Below, one piece after another: positions 51,211 to 63,404 of a stretch of DNA of 64,000 nucleotides. The position numbers and the translations under genes were made by a program. Within the stretch, counting starts at the first letter, position 1. Each line of letters starts with the position of its first letter. The notes below the pieces were generated by a model, which saw only the letters and a program-made list of their open reading frames with translations, ran no database searches and was not told where the DNA came from. Source of the DNA: Malacoraja senta (lineage: Eukaryota); contig CM075989.1 of NCBI GenBank assembly GCA_038087875.1, positions 21,826,001 through 21,890,000 on the forward strand. Reading direction: 5' to 3'.

Positions 51211-51514
51211 CAGTATAAATTTTTTGCTTTCTTTAAATTCAGAAGTATTTTTTACTTAAGGTCACAAGGTCATAAGTGATAGAAGTAGTATTAGGCCATT
51301 CAGCCCATCAAGTCTACTCTGCCATTCAATCATGCCTGATCTATCTCTCCCTCGTAACCCCATTCTCCTGCCTTCTCCCCATAACCTCTGGTGCCCGCAT
51401 CACACTGGGGGTTTGTTTGCTGGAAGCAATCCGTCACGCAGAGGTGTAGATGGGAGAGGGAGATAGACGGCCTGGTCCACATGGGCAAAGCTCAAGTGCC
51501 AGCCTTGAAGTGAG

Positions 51515-52240
51515 TTTTATGAGGGTGTTGCCGGGACTCGAGGGTCTGAGCTATTGGGAGAGGTTGAGTAGGCTGGGACTCTATTCCTTGGGGTGCAGGA
51601 GGATGAGGGGTGATCTTATAGAGGTGTATAAAATCAGGAGTGGAATAGTTCGGGTAGATGCTATGGCCTCTGGTCCTGGACTCTCCCACTAGTGGAAACA
51701 TCCTCTCCACATTCTCTCTATCCAGGCCTTTCACTACAGGCATGCGGACAGTGGAATTGGCAGAACAGTGTGTAACATCATGAAAGGAACATGTCGGGTA
51801 GGAGCACAAAGTCTCTTGCCCAGAGTAGGGGAATCGAGGACCAGAGGACATACTGTAGGTTTCAGGTGAAGGGGAAAAGATTATATAGGAATCTGAGGTA
51901 GACAAAAATGCTGGAGAAACTCAGTGGGTGAGGCAGCATCTATGGAGCGAAAGAAATAGGCGACGTTTCGGGTCGAGACCCTTCTTCAGACTGAAGAAGG
52001 AATCTGAGGGGTAACTTTTTCACACAAAGGGTGCAGGGTGTATGGAACAAGCTGCCAGAGGAGGTAGTTGAGGCAGGGATTATCCCAACGTTTAAGAAAC
52101 AGTTAGATACGTACATGGATAGGACAGGTTTAGAAGGATAAGGGCCAAACGTCGGCAGGTGGAACTGGTGTAGCTGGGACAAGTTGGTTAGTGTGGGCAA
52201 GTTGGGCTAAAGGGCCTGTCTCCACGCTGTATGACTCTAT
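51515..52240 (+). mobile_element. HER1-like CR1 3' end with nested insertions, including a Penelope-derived piece (51899-51997)
   Basis: FMRVLPGLEGLSYWERLSRLGLYSL..RRMRGDLIEVYKI; the insert is flanked by AGGAATCTGAGG at 51887-51898 and 51998-52009; exact hammerhead-like motif at 51962-51989 (-). Confidence 0.85.
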
Positions 52241-53625
52241 GTATTGCCAGCATCATTGTAGCCAGAGATCGCCAGTGCGGTCTCTCCATTGACTCTCAAA
52301 GAGCAACTGGGCCGGGGTCAGATAATGGAAGGCTTGGATAGAGTGGATGTGGAGAGGAGGTTTCCACTAGTGGGAGAGTCCAGGACCAGAGGGCATGGCC
52401 TCAGAATAAAAGGACATGCATTTAGAATGGAGATGACAAGCATTTTCTTCAGCCAGAGTGTGGTGCATCTGTGGAATTCATTGCCACAGACGGCTGTGGA
52501 GGCTAAGACTGAGTATTTTTTAAACGGAGATTGAAAGGTTCTTGATTTGGAAGGACTTCATAGATTACGGGGAGAAGGCAGGAACATGGTGTTGGCAGGG
52601 AAAAATAGCTGAATGGCCTCCATCTATGTCATAAGAAAAGACATGCCAATATTCATCTGAGGTTGAACATCAAACAATGGGAGAAATGTAGGTCACCAGA
52701 ATTTCTGAATAGGTGTCGACCTGCAATCCTCAGACATCTCAGCTCTTCCTATGAAATTAAATTTCCCAATCAGTCACTGGAATATCAGTCAGGAGTCATG
52801 TAGACTTTAGACTTTGGAGATACAGTGAAACAGGCCCCTTGGCCCCCTGAGTCCGCGCCAACCAGCAATCACCCCTTACACTAGCTCTTTTTTACACACC
52901 AGGGACAAGTTACAATTTACTGAGGCCAATTAACCTACAAACCTGTACGTCTTTGGAGTGTCGGAGGAAACAGGAGCACCCGGTGGAAACCCACGTGGTC
53001 ACAGGGCGAACATACAAACTCCGTACAGGCAGCACCCGTAGTCAGGATTGAACCCAGGTCTCTGGCGCCGTAAGGCAGCAACTCTACCGCTGAGCACAAT
53101 TATTCACGGTTTATACCTCTACGCGTGCTAGAATGATCCTACTTGCCCCCACAAAATATCTTAATTTTAAAAGGTGCACGTTTAAACAAAATTATATCAA
53201 TTTAAGATTACTAATTGATTTTAAAACCGTAGTAACAGCGCTTGGAGATAACTTTTCTGGATATGGTTAACTTTAATGAGTTTTTGCGGATTTGGTGGAA
53301 GATAAGAAAATCACGGAGAAGCAAAGGTGAAGATAATACCCCTCTACACTTGGGAAAAGTATGGCAATTTGAAGCATTTGTTTGAAGTTAGGAAGTAGAT
53401 TAACATCAACAGAAATCCTGCTGGTTTATTTAGTAAACCGATACATCCCCAATAAGTGTGAGGCTATGGAAATGCGGTAATATTGTGAGCTGGGTCATAT
53501 ATCATGGTTATTGCTTATTAACATCAGCAAAGTAACTAAAATTAGCAAAGACAAGATCCATCTGTCTTGAGAGATAAGCTTGGGCTATTTATTTTCTGGC
53601 TGAAACTAATCATTTATTTGTTTTC

Positions 53626-54335
53626 CTGGGCCTCCTCCAATGTCAGAGTGAGGCCAAACGCAAATTGGAGGAACAGCACCTCATATTTTGCGTGGGCAGT
53701 TTACACCCCAGCGGTATGAACATTGATTTCTCTTTCGAGTAACCCTTGCATCCCCTCTCTCTCCATCCCTCCCCCACCCAAGTTGTACTAGTTTCAAAGT
53801 CGTCTTGTTGAGTCTCGTTGTCTGTGACTGTTTTTCACCTCGCCAACAGCTAACAATGGCCTGCTTCCTATTTAATCGTTACTTTGCATATCTTTCATTC
53901 ATTTGTGCTATATCTCTCTATATCACTGTCCCGTTTCCCTTTCCCCTGACCTTCAGTCTGAAGAAGCGTCTCGACTCGAAACCTCACCTATTCCTTTTTT
54001 CCAGAGATGTTTCTGTTTCATTTTCAGTTCAATTTAGTTTATTGTCATGTGTACCGAGGTACAGTGAAAAGCTTTTGTTGCGTGCTAACCAGTCAGCAGA
54101 AAGACAATACATGATTACAATCGATCCATTTATAGTGTATAGATACATGATAAGGGAATAATGTTTAGTGCAAGGTAAAGCCAGCAAAGCCCTATCAAGG
54201 ATTGTCCGAGGGTCACCAAAGAGGTAGATAGTAGTTCAGGACTGCTTTCTGGTTGTGTAAGGATCATTCATTTGCTGAGTTACCCCAGCTTTTTGTGTCT
54301 ATCTTTGGTTTAAACCAGCATCTGCAGTTTCTTCC
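53626..54335 (+). mobile_element. Penelope-like element 3' end (GIY-YIG C-terminus, spacer, hammerhead-like motif, tail)
   Basis: 53626-53742 translates to LGLLQCQSEAKRKLEEQHLIFCVGSLHPSGMNIDFSFE*; motif at 53958-53985; Rex1-like tail nested at about 54020-54265. Confidence 0.85.
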
Positions 54336-54882
54336 TGCACTTACTAGTTTTCCTGTAGAAAAAATAGTGACTTGTTTATTAAAGTCTCTTGCGCAAGAAA
54401 GTGGAAAATGTTGCTCGGACATTGTTCAGGTAAAGATATCACAATGATTTTTAGCCACCGCACTAACATGTATATCGCTGTCACCTGAGATACACAAAAC
54501 CATGCCATTAATTGATGACTTCAGTTCAACTGAAACATTTTCTGTGGTATCATTCACCAATTTTTTAATATATTAAAAGCATTATGGCCACTAAACAGAC
54601 TACAGCTTTAGCAGCCGTACCTGACAATGGTAATTCTTTTGGGGATAATGCCTCATAATAGATTTATAACATTGTCACTGCTAAATATATGAAAGATTCA
54701 CAATGTATGAAATAACTTCCATAATTTAAAGATCCCTGCGGTATATGGAGTTGCTGCTCTGGGTTCTGAAGGACATATTGCTTACAGATTTTATTAATAT
54801 TTTGTTTAACACTTCACCATCTGTGTTGTAACTTACCACCATGGGAATGTTAAACATTATCAACGTTAAGATTGCTTGGGAG

Positions 54883-55275
54883 CTTTTTTTCCGAGCGCGC
54901 TGTGAAAATGACGAGGGGAACATCGTCATTTGGTTAGAGGCGGAACAAGACTCACACTCTTTGCCGGCGGTGTGGAGCTAAAGCATTTCACCTGCAGAAA
55001 TCCACCTGTGGTAAATGTGCCTACCCTGGCAAGGGAAAGAGAAAGTATAACTGGAGTGCAAAAGCCAAAAGGAGAAACACAACAGGCACAGGTCGCATGA
55101 GGCACCTGAAGGCGGTGTTATGGAGGTTCAGAAATGGATTCCGTGAAGGCACCACTCCAAAGCCCAGACGTGCTGCAATGGCTTCTTCCAGCACTGCATA
55201 AACTGTTGGTGTACCAAAGTCACAAATAAAGCTATCATTTGGAAAGTAAAAAAAAAAAATAATAATAATAATAAA
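54883..55275 (+). pseudogene. RPL37: Processed pseudogene of 60S ribosomal protein L37 (CDS-equivalent 54908-55201)
   Basis: Intronless [96 protein letters not shown]; premature TAG at 54935-54937; 5' pyrimidine tract CTTTTTTTCC; AATAAA 55225-55230; poly(A)+(TAA)n; TSD AAGATTGCTTGGGA (54868-54881) / AAGAATGCTTGGGA (55276-55289). Confidence 0.97.
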
Positions 55276-56454
55276 AAGAATGCTTGGGAACTAATGGGGA
55301 AAGCTCATTCTGAATCGCTCAAGTGGGGCGGCTTGCTGGCGCAGTGGTAGAGTTGCTGCCTTACAACGCCAGAGACCCAGGTTTGATCCTGGCTATGGGT
55401 GCTGTCTGTACGGAGTTTGTACAATCTTCCTGTGACCATGTGGGTTTTCTCCGGGTGCCCTGGTTTCCACCCACACTCCAAAGATGTACAGGTTTGTAGG
55501 TTAATTGGCTGCGGTAAAAATTGTAAGTTGTCCCTGGTGTGTAGGACAGTGCTGGTTTCAGATCATGCAAACGAGGGCAAAAGTTGCATAAGTTTAGTTT
55601 ATTTTAGTTTAGAGATTATGCGTGGAAACAAGCCCCTCGCACACTGACACTATCCTACACACACTACGGACAAGTTACAATTTACAATTACACCAAGCCA
55701 ATTAACACACGAACCTGCATGTGTTTGGAGTGTGTGAGGAAACCGAAGATCTCGGAGAAAACCCACGCGGGTCACGGGGAGAACGTACAAACTCCTTGCA
55801 GACAGCGCCCGTGGTCAGGATCGAACTCGGGTCTCTGGCGCCGTAAGGCAGCGACTATACTGCTGCGCCACCGTGCCAACTTACCGGAGATAGGTGCAGT
55901 AAGTGTGTGTGGGGGGGTGGGAGGGCAATGAGGGCTAATGCCGAGGGAATGTGTTTGACGGATGCAGGTTGGAATATCTTTGAGGCAGCGATTACACATT
56001 TGGTAAACTGTACTTGAGTTGTGTGTGTGACAGCTGGGAGACCACACGGCAGGTTAAAAATATATATTTATATGTAAAATGAGGTCACATTTTGAACGAA
56101 AACATTGATAGCTGTGATAAATCTATAAATTTGCTCCTAATTCCTCGATTTTGGGCATACGTTAGACGGAAAGGTAATCAATCGTGTATTATTATGCTGT
56201 ATGCGCTGAGGAAATCTAACTGCCCTTTCCTCCTTCATTGTCAGCTGTTAATCTCCCATAAACTGTTGCTGCGGGGCAGAAGGTGGTATGAGCAAGTCAA
56301 CGAGAGACATGTTGCAAAGTAGACAATGAACAGCTGTTCCATTGTGCTAATGTAGTCAGACTTGCATCAAAATATGAGTCTGCTCCACAGCAAAGGACCT
56401 CACAACAAGAGGAGTGACCATAGCTCATCACCGGCGGTGAATTACCTTACGTAT

Positions 56455-56895
56455 GTGCAGGGGAAAAACTGCAGATGCTGGTTTAAATCGAAGACAGACA
56501 CAAAATGTTGGAGTAACTCAGCGGGACAGGCAGCATCTCTGGTGAAAAGGAATGGGTGACGTTTTGGGTGGAGACCCTTCTGCAGACTGATGTCAGGGGA
56601 GTGGGCGGTACAGAGATATGGAAGTGTATTGGTAAGGAGGGGTAAGGTGTGAAAACAGGGCCAAGGGAATGGAGAACAGGGAATATGTAGAATAGATCAT
56701 TGTTAGTTGGGAGAAGGTAACAACAAAACAAACAGAGATAATATGTAGTCGGAGACAGTAAGACCGGTCGGAGAACTGGGAAGGGGGAGGGGATGGAGAG
56801 AGAGGGCAAGCAAGGTTGACGAAGTTAGATAAGTCAATGTTCATACTGCTGGGGTGGAAGCTGCCCAAGCAAAATATGAGGTGCTCTTCTTCCAA
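56455..56895 (-). mobile_element. Penelope-like element 3' end
   Basis: EEEHLIFCLGSFHPSSMNIDLSNF followed by spacer, degenerate hammerhead-like motif (about 56558-56585) and tail. Confidence 0.85.
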
Positions 56896-57184
56896 TATAT
56901 ATCTTATATACAGTATGTGGTTTAGTTTAGTTTAATTTAGAGATACAGCGTGGAAACAGGCCCTTCGGCCCACCCTGAGTCTGTGCCAATCAGCGATCCC
57001 CACACACTAACACTATCCTACACTCACTAGTCAAGAGTCAAGAGTATTTAACTGGCATATGTCCCAGTTAGAACAATTAAATTATGTCTTGCAGCAACAC
57101 AACGGAATATGTAAACAGTGCACTGTGAATAATATAATAAACGAGAAAAGAAAATTCAGTGTGTCTGTGTATATATGAATAAAT

Positions 57185-57295
57185 ACACACACACATACAC
57201 ACACACACACAGACACACACACACACACACACGCACACACACACAGACACGCACACACACATACACACACACACACAGACACGCACACACACACA

Positions 57296-57351
<56 letters not shown>

Positions 57352-57394
57352 CACAGACACGCACACACACAGACACACACATACACACACATAC

Positions 57395-57439
<45 letters not shown>

Positions 57440-57482
57440 CACACACACACACATACACACACACACAGACACGCACACACAC

Positions 57483-57571
<89 letters not shown>

Positions 57572-57595
57572 CGCACACACACACACATACACACA
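57185..57595. repeat. About 410-bp imperfect (CA)n microsatellite inside a minus-strand SINE/LINE-tail composite
   Basis: Directly visible; recurring CAGACACGCACA and CATACA interruptions. Confidence 0.98.
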
Positions 57596-58077
57596 AATAC
57601 ACAATTTACAATTATACCAAGCCAATTAACCTACAAGTTGGAGTGTGGGATGAAACTGGAGATCTCGGAGAAAATCCACACAGGTCATGGGGAGAAAGTA
57701 CAAACTCCGTACAGACAGCACCCGTAGTCAGGATCCAACCCGGGTCTCTGATGCTGTAAGGCAGCAACTCTACCGCTGCGCCACCGTGCCGTCCAGTTAA
57801 TAATATCTAATGTTGATGTTCGTAGAATTTGTACTCATTATCTGTTAATGTTTTCTGCAGAATCCTATATCCTACGACAGCAATTTATGCAGAATCACAA
57901 AGATTATCGATAAAGCTTCTATGCATCATGCTGTCTGCACGGAGTTTGTACGTACTTCCCGTGACCTGCGTGGGTTTTCTCTGGGAGCTTCGGTTTCCTC
58001 CCACACTCTAAAGACCTACAGGTTTGTAGGTTAATTGGCTTGGTATAATTGTAAATTGTGTGCGCAGGATAGTGTTA

Positions 58078-58407
58078 TGGCCCTGCCCAACAGTACGAGT
58101 TCATTCCAAGAGCTCTCCCGAGTTTGCCCAATTCCAACTCGGAGATTTACGGTAATGGCCGCTCGGCAGTACTCGGGGCTCTCGTGGACATTTTTCAACG
58201 TGTTTGAAAAATCTTCACGAGTCTTCCCGTGCTTACCTGCCGTTAGCGAGTCTTCCCGAGTACCTGCCGTTAGCGATACGAGCCGCTAAGAGACGTCCCC
58301 GAGCTCCGACGTACCCGCTACGTTCATTCTCCGTGCTTACCATGAGTTCGATTTTTTTTAAACTCGGGAGAGCTCTTGGAATGAACTCGTACCGTGGGAC
58401 AGGGCCA
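58078..58407. mobile_element. Harbinger/PIF-like MITE, second copy, inside a plus-strand V-SINE (about 57949-58490)
   Basis: TTA | TGGCCCTG...CAGGGCCA | TTA; long TIRs; the interior is the reverse complement of 35328-35657. Confidence 0.88.
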
Positions 58408-59010
58408 TTAGTTTGCGGGGATCGCTGGTCTGTACGGACTCGTGGGCCAAAGGGCCTGTTTCAACGCTGTAGCTCGAAACTAAACAAACCTAGACAAAAA
58501 GGTCTCTAATTAAAATGAAACCGCACTGATTTAGAATTGCCGCAAACATATCTTGAAGGAGGAAATGGAACTGCTATGCTGATGCAGCTGGGAGCTTTTG
58601 CTTTTTAGTCAGACTCCAGGTGAGTCGCTGAGATAGAATACCAGAAACATTACCCCACATCTAACCTTGCTATATTTAATCTGCAACACTGCCAACCCTC
58701 ATTACTCTCCAAGCGAATCTTACACAGTAGCTAGCCAGGAATCTCAAGGTGGTGAGGAAGTGGAGCCAAGGGAATAGATAAATAACCCTTTAAGTTTACC
58801 TTGAGACCAGGAGTTGGATCTTGTTTCGAGATTTCTTTCATAATTGTGAGCATTGGGAACAGGGAACAGCTTGATACAGGCAGTGGACAGAAAACATGAA
58901 ATGTGTTGCATGCCTGAGTACTGAAACCCTATCCAGCTCTGCATACATAATGTTCCTCTGAACGTCGCCTTGCTCGGTGAAAGTGAACAGAATATCCTTT
59001 GGAGGGTGTT

Positions 59011-59160
59011 GCAGCATCTATGGAGCGAAGGAAATAGGCAACGTTTCGGCCCGAAACATTGCCTATTTCCTTCGCTCCATAGATGCTGCCGCACCCGCTG
59101 AGTTTCTCCAGCATTTTTGTCTACCTTCGATTTTCCAGCATCTGCAGTTCCTTCTTAAAC
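59011..59160. mobile_element. Penelope-derived subfamily B fold-back
   Basis: GCAGCATCTATGGAGCGAAGGAAATAGGCAACGTTTCG-GCC-CGAAACATTGCCTATTTCCTTCGCTCCATAGATGCTGC near-perfect palindrome; a second subfamily B pair lies at 59541-59713. Confidence 0.85.
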
Positions 59161-60139
59161 TAAACGTATACTTCCCTACTGAAGTATAGTCTGCAAGGTG
59201 GTGCAGCAGTAGAGTTGCTGCCTTACAGCGCCAGAGACCAGGGTTCGATCCTGACTACGGGTGGCGTCTGTACCGAGTTTGCACGTTCTTCCTGTGACTG
59301 CGGGTGCTCCGGTTTCCTCCCACATTCCAAAGACGTGCGGGCTTCTTGGTTAATTGGCCACTGTAAAAATTGACCATAGTGTGTGGTGTTGGGTGATTAT
59401 TGGTCGGTGTGGACTCAGTGGGCCAAAGGACCTGTATCTCAGCCCAACTTGTCCACACCGGCCAACATGTCCCAGCTACTCTAGTCCCACCCACCCGCGT
59501 TTGGCCCATATCCCTTTAAACCTGTCCTATCCATGTACCTAGGAAATAGGCAACGTTTCGGGTCGAAACCCTTCTTCAGACTTCAGTCTGAAGAAGGGTT
59601 TCGACCCTAAACGTTACCTATTTCCTTCGCTCCATAGATGCTGCCACACCCGCTGAGTTTCTCCAACACTTTTGTCTACCTTCGATTTTCCAGCATCTGC
59701 AGTTCCTTCTTAAATGGAATATCCTTTGGACTGGATGTTGCAATGGTAATTATCCTGAGAAGGTCTGGGATCGTGAAAGCCAACAGCAAGGCAGGAAGTT
59801 GCTGCTGGAGTGGCCCAACATATACCCAGGGGGCATTCATCCCAACAAGCTGCACTCAGATCAACATGCGCACACTCAGTGTCTCCATTTACTTGAATGG
59901 AAAGGAGAGGCCTCACAATTAACCAAGAAAAAACACAAACATAGAAAATAGGTGCAGGATTAGGCCATTCGGCCCTTCGAGCCATCACCCCCATACAATA
60001 TGTTCGTGGCTGATCAACATCTGATAGGCCTGGCATTTTTGGAGAGAAAGTCAAGAGTTACATTAAGCTGAAAATACTAATAAAACAACATATCTATTAA
60101 AAAATGCTGGCTTGTTTATATCCAATTATAATTATTAAC

Positions 60140-60680
60140 TGCGGTAGAGTTGCTGCCTTACAGCGCCAAGGATCGGGTTCGATCCTGACCACGGGGTGCT
60201 GTCTGTACGGAGTTTGTACATCCCCTCCATCGACTCTTTTAAGTCAAGACTAAAGACTTATCTATACTCCCAAGCCTTTCCTGACGTCCTCTGAGTGAGG
60301 GCTACATGAATATACTGTATGTACGTAGTTTGTTTTTGTTTGTGCTATTCTTATAACAAATGTAAAGCACTTTGGCCAACGAGAGTTGTTTTTTAAATGT
60401 GCTGTATAAATAAATGTGACTTGACTTGACTTGATTCTCCCCGTGACCTGCGTGGGTTTTCTCCAGGAGCTCCGGTTTCCTCCCACACTCCAAAGACGTT
60501 CAGGTTTGTAGGTTGATTGGCTTGGTAAAATTGTAAATTGTAACTTGTCCCTAGTGTGTGTGTGTGTGTGTGTGTGTGGGATAGTGTTTGTGTGCGGGGA
60601 TCGCTGCCCGGCGTGGACTCGGTGGGCCGAAGGGCCTGTTTCTGCGCTGTATCTCTAAACTAAACTAAACTAAACCAAAC
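60140..60680 (+). mobile_element. V-SINE interrupted by an L2 3' end (about 60219-60434)
   Basis: The insert encodes SIDSFKSRLKTYLYSQAF and has TGTAAAGCACTTTGG...AAATGTGCTGTATAAATAAA and a (GACTT)n tail. Confidence 0.85.
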
Positions 60681-61723
60681 TGGCATTATCTGTATGACTG
60701 TATGGAAAGCCTCTTCATCAGTAAGGAGATAAAAAGTGAGGTAGAAATGTGTATTATCTTTAAGGCTCAAGAAGATGTATTGGTCTGTGGTGGGTCCTTG
60801 CACAGACCACCTGGGTAGTCCCTGAGAAACAACCACAGGCAGATGATTAGAACATTGAGGCAAGGTCTGTTATGTGTTAGGAGATACACGGAGACGGGGT
60901 TAGAAGCAAAGATCAAACCGTCCCTTTCAAATCTGAGACCACTCCTAATAGTTGTTGTACACAAGCCCGCTTACGGTTACAAAAAGGGGGAGACGGGGTC
61001 CCAGCATTGACAGAGGAGATGAATAGGAAACCCCTGTTTATTGTGGCAGTTTTCCCTGACATCCCCGATGTTTATAAGCAGCTGCCTGCGCTAATGACAT
61101 CCCGATAACTGACACTCCTCAGCATACCGTCCAGAATGCAGTCCCTCAAGTTCTGTTAACTGTGCAGAGTCGGAATGTGTTGTTAGTTTGTGTGTGTGTG
61201 TGTGTCGTTGTGGTTTGTGACAACTCTCAAATTGGCCCTTCAGGAACCATGCATAACGAATGTGTGGAGCATTTAATACCTTCTAGTGTCCTGTAACGTC
61301 ACGTGTCAGGAATCCGTTTTTAAACTTTTTTCTTTACGACCACCAAAAGTTGTAAATGAGTGATCTAACTATATTATCCAGGCAAAGAAAAACGAACTCT
61401 AGAAGCCAAACTGGTATTTACTCAGGAAATACCGCAGGCTGGTGGAATCTTTCAGTTTCTGTGGAGTAATTTCATTCATTTATTTTTTGCTTCAGAGGGA
61501 TGCAATGCACTGATGCCATTATGTGGTAGTCAAGAGGAAAGCTGTAAAATGTGCGATGTTTTATTATTTTAAGGTCATGCATGAATAGACAATTTTAAAG
61601 CAATCAACAAAGAGGTGAAACAAAAGACAGGGACTGGCAATGCGTTTAAAATTCTGTTGCCAATTGGCCTCCCTGCAAATCTCTGATACTCATTGCCTTT
61701 AGCTGTTAACTATTTTTGAAGAA

Positions 61724-62192
61724 GCACAGTGGCGCAGCGGTAGAGTTGCTGCCTTACACTACCGCCAGAGACCCGGGTTCCATCCATACCATGGATGCTG
61801 TGTGTATGGAGTTTGTACGTTCTCCCTGTGACCTGTGTGGGTTTTCTCCAGGAGCTTCGGTTTCCTCCCACACTCCAAAGACGTAGGATAATTGGAGTTT
61901 ACACAAGATGGGGTGAGAATCCAGGAATCGGAGGTGCAAAGGGACTTGGGAGTGCTGGTGCAGAATTCCCCAAAAGCTAGTCAGCTAGTGGAGTCAGTAG
62001 TAAAGAAGGCAAACTCAACGCTAGCATTTATTTCAAGAGGGCTTGTGTACAATTGCCTAGGTATAATTGCAAATTGTCCCTAGTGTGTGTAGGATAGTAT
62101 TAGTTTGTGGGGATCGCTGGGTGGTGCGGACTCAATGGGCCGAAGGGCCTGTTTCCACGCTGTATCTCTAAACTAAACTAAACTAAACTAAA
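61724..62192 (+). mobile_element. V-SINE with internal CR1 fragment (about 61890-62045)
   Basis: EVQRDLGVLV...VKKANSTLAFISRG inside the SINE. Confidence 0.8.
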
Positions 62193-63404
62193 ACAGACCA
62201 TTAATATTTTTTTATTGGGCTAAATGATTTTAAAATATAAATCTAACAGAACAACACAGTACGTCAGAATCCTAAAAAGTTATTTTTCTTAGTGCATGAA
62301 TTTGAAAGAGAGACATTTTGGGAGTGATTGTAGTTCATTGTTGAAACATGGAAATGCAGATGCTGGATTACAAATAAAGAGACACAAAGTGTTGGAATAA
62401 CTCAAAGGGTCAGGCAGCATCTCTGGAGGACATGGTGAGGTGACATTTCGGGTCTGAAGAAGGGTCCCGGGACCTGAAGTGTCACTTATCCGTGTTCTCC
62501 AGAGATGCTGCTTGGCCCGTTGAGTTACTCCAGAGCCTTGCATCTTTTCTTGGTTAATTCTTGCTTGGAACCAAGTGATGGAACTATTGTACGGAAGATA
62601 AAGAGTTATAGGTTTAGGCAAGCAAGCCTCTTCCTGAAGTGTAAATACCACGTGATGTGACAAATGTGTGCACAGTTTATATTGAAATCTTTTGTTTCCA
62701 AAATACTCTTGGTGAGCTGAGCACACTTTTTTAAAAATCAAATCTACAAAGTGAACTGACTTCCTTTCATTGATCAGCCTAAGGACATTACAATAGCAAA
62801 CTTGTATTTTCCACACATTTTTTTAAAGACGAAGAAATATGTTTTGAGAATTACATTGGAACGGTTGTTAATGGGATTTCCCATTGTGCTGCCTCAAAAG
62901 ATGGCATCTACCATCATGTACCTCACTATCTGGGCCATGCCATCTTCCCACTGCCAACATCGGGCAGGGGGTGCAGAAGTCCCAAATTTGATAAGATTGG
63001 ATTCAGGAATGGTTACTTTCTTACACCCTCAGGTTCATGAATCGAGATGCATAACCCGAATCCTACCTCCGTAACAGAACACCATGGACCACCTCCTGCA
63101 TGGACTTGTTTTCTAATTGCATTTTGCCCTAAAGTCTTGTTTTTGCAGATTTATTTTCTTTTCATTGTCTTGCATAAGTTACGTACGATTTGTTTTTTTG
63201 TCATGTTGTCCAAGTTTGTTTGCCTGTGATGCAGCTGCAAGCAAGATTTCCACTGGACCTGTACGTCACTAGACTTGTACATATGACAATAAATTCAGAA
63301 TGTACTGTAGAAACAACGAACTGTAGATGCTGGCTAATACACAAAAGGTCACTGGAGTAACTCAGCAGGTCAGGCAGTATCTCTGGAGAACATGGATAGT
63401 CATC

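Noticed and set aside
57077..57759. Long Cys/Val and His/Thr ORFs
   Set aside because: These are translations of the (CA)n microsatellite.
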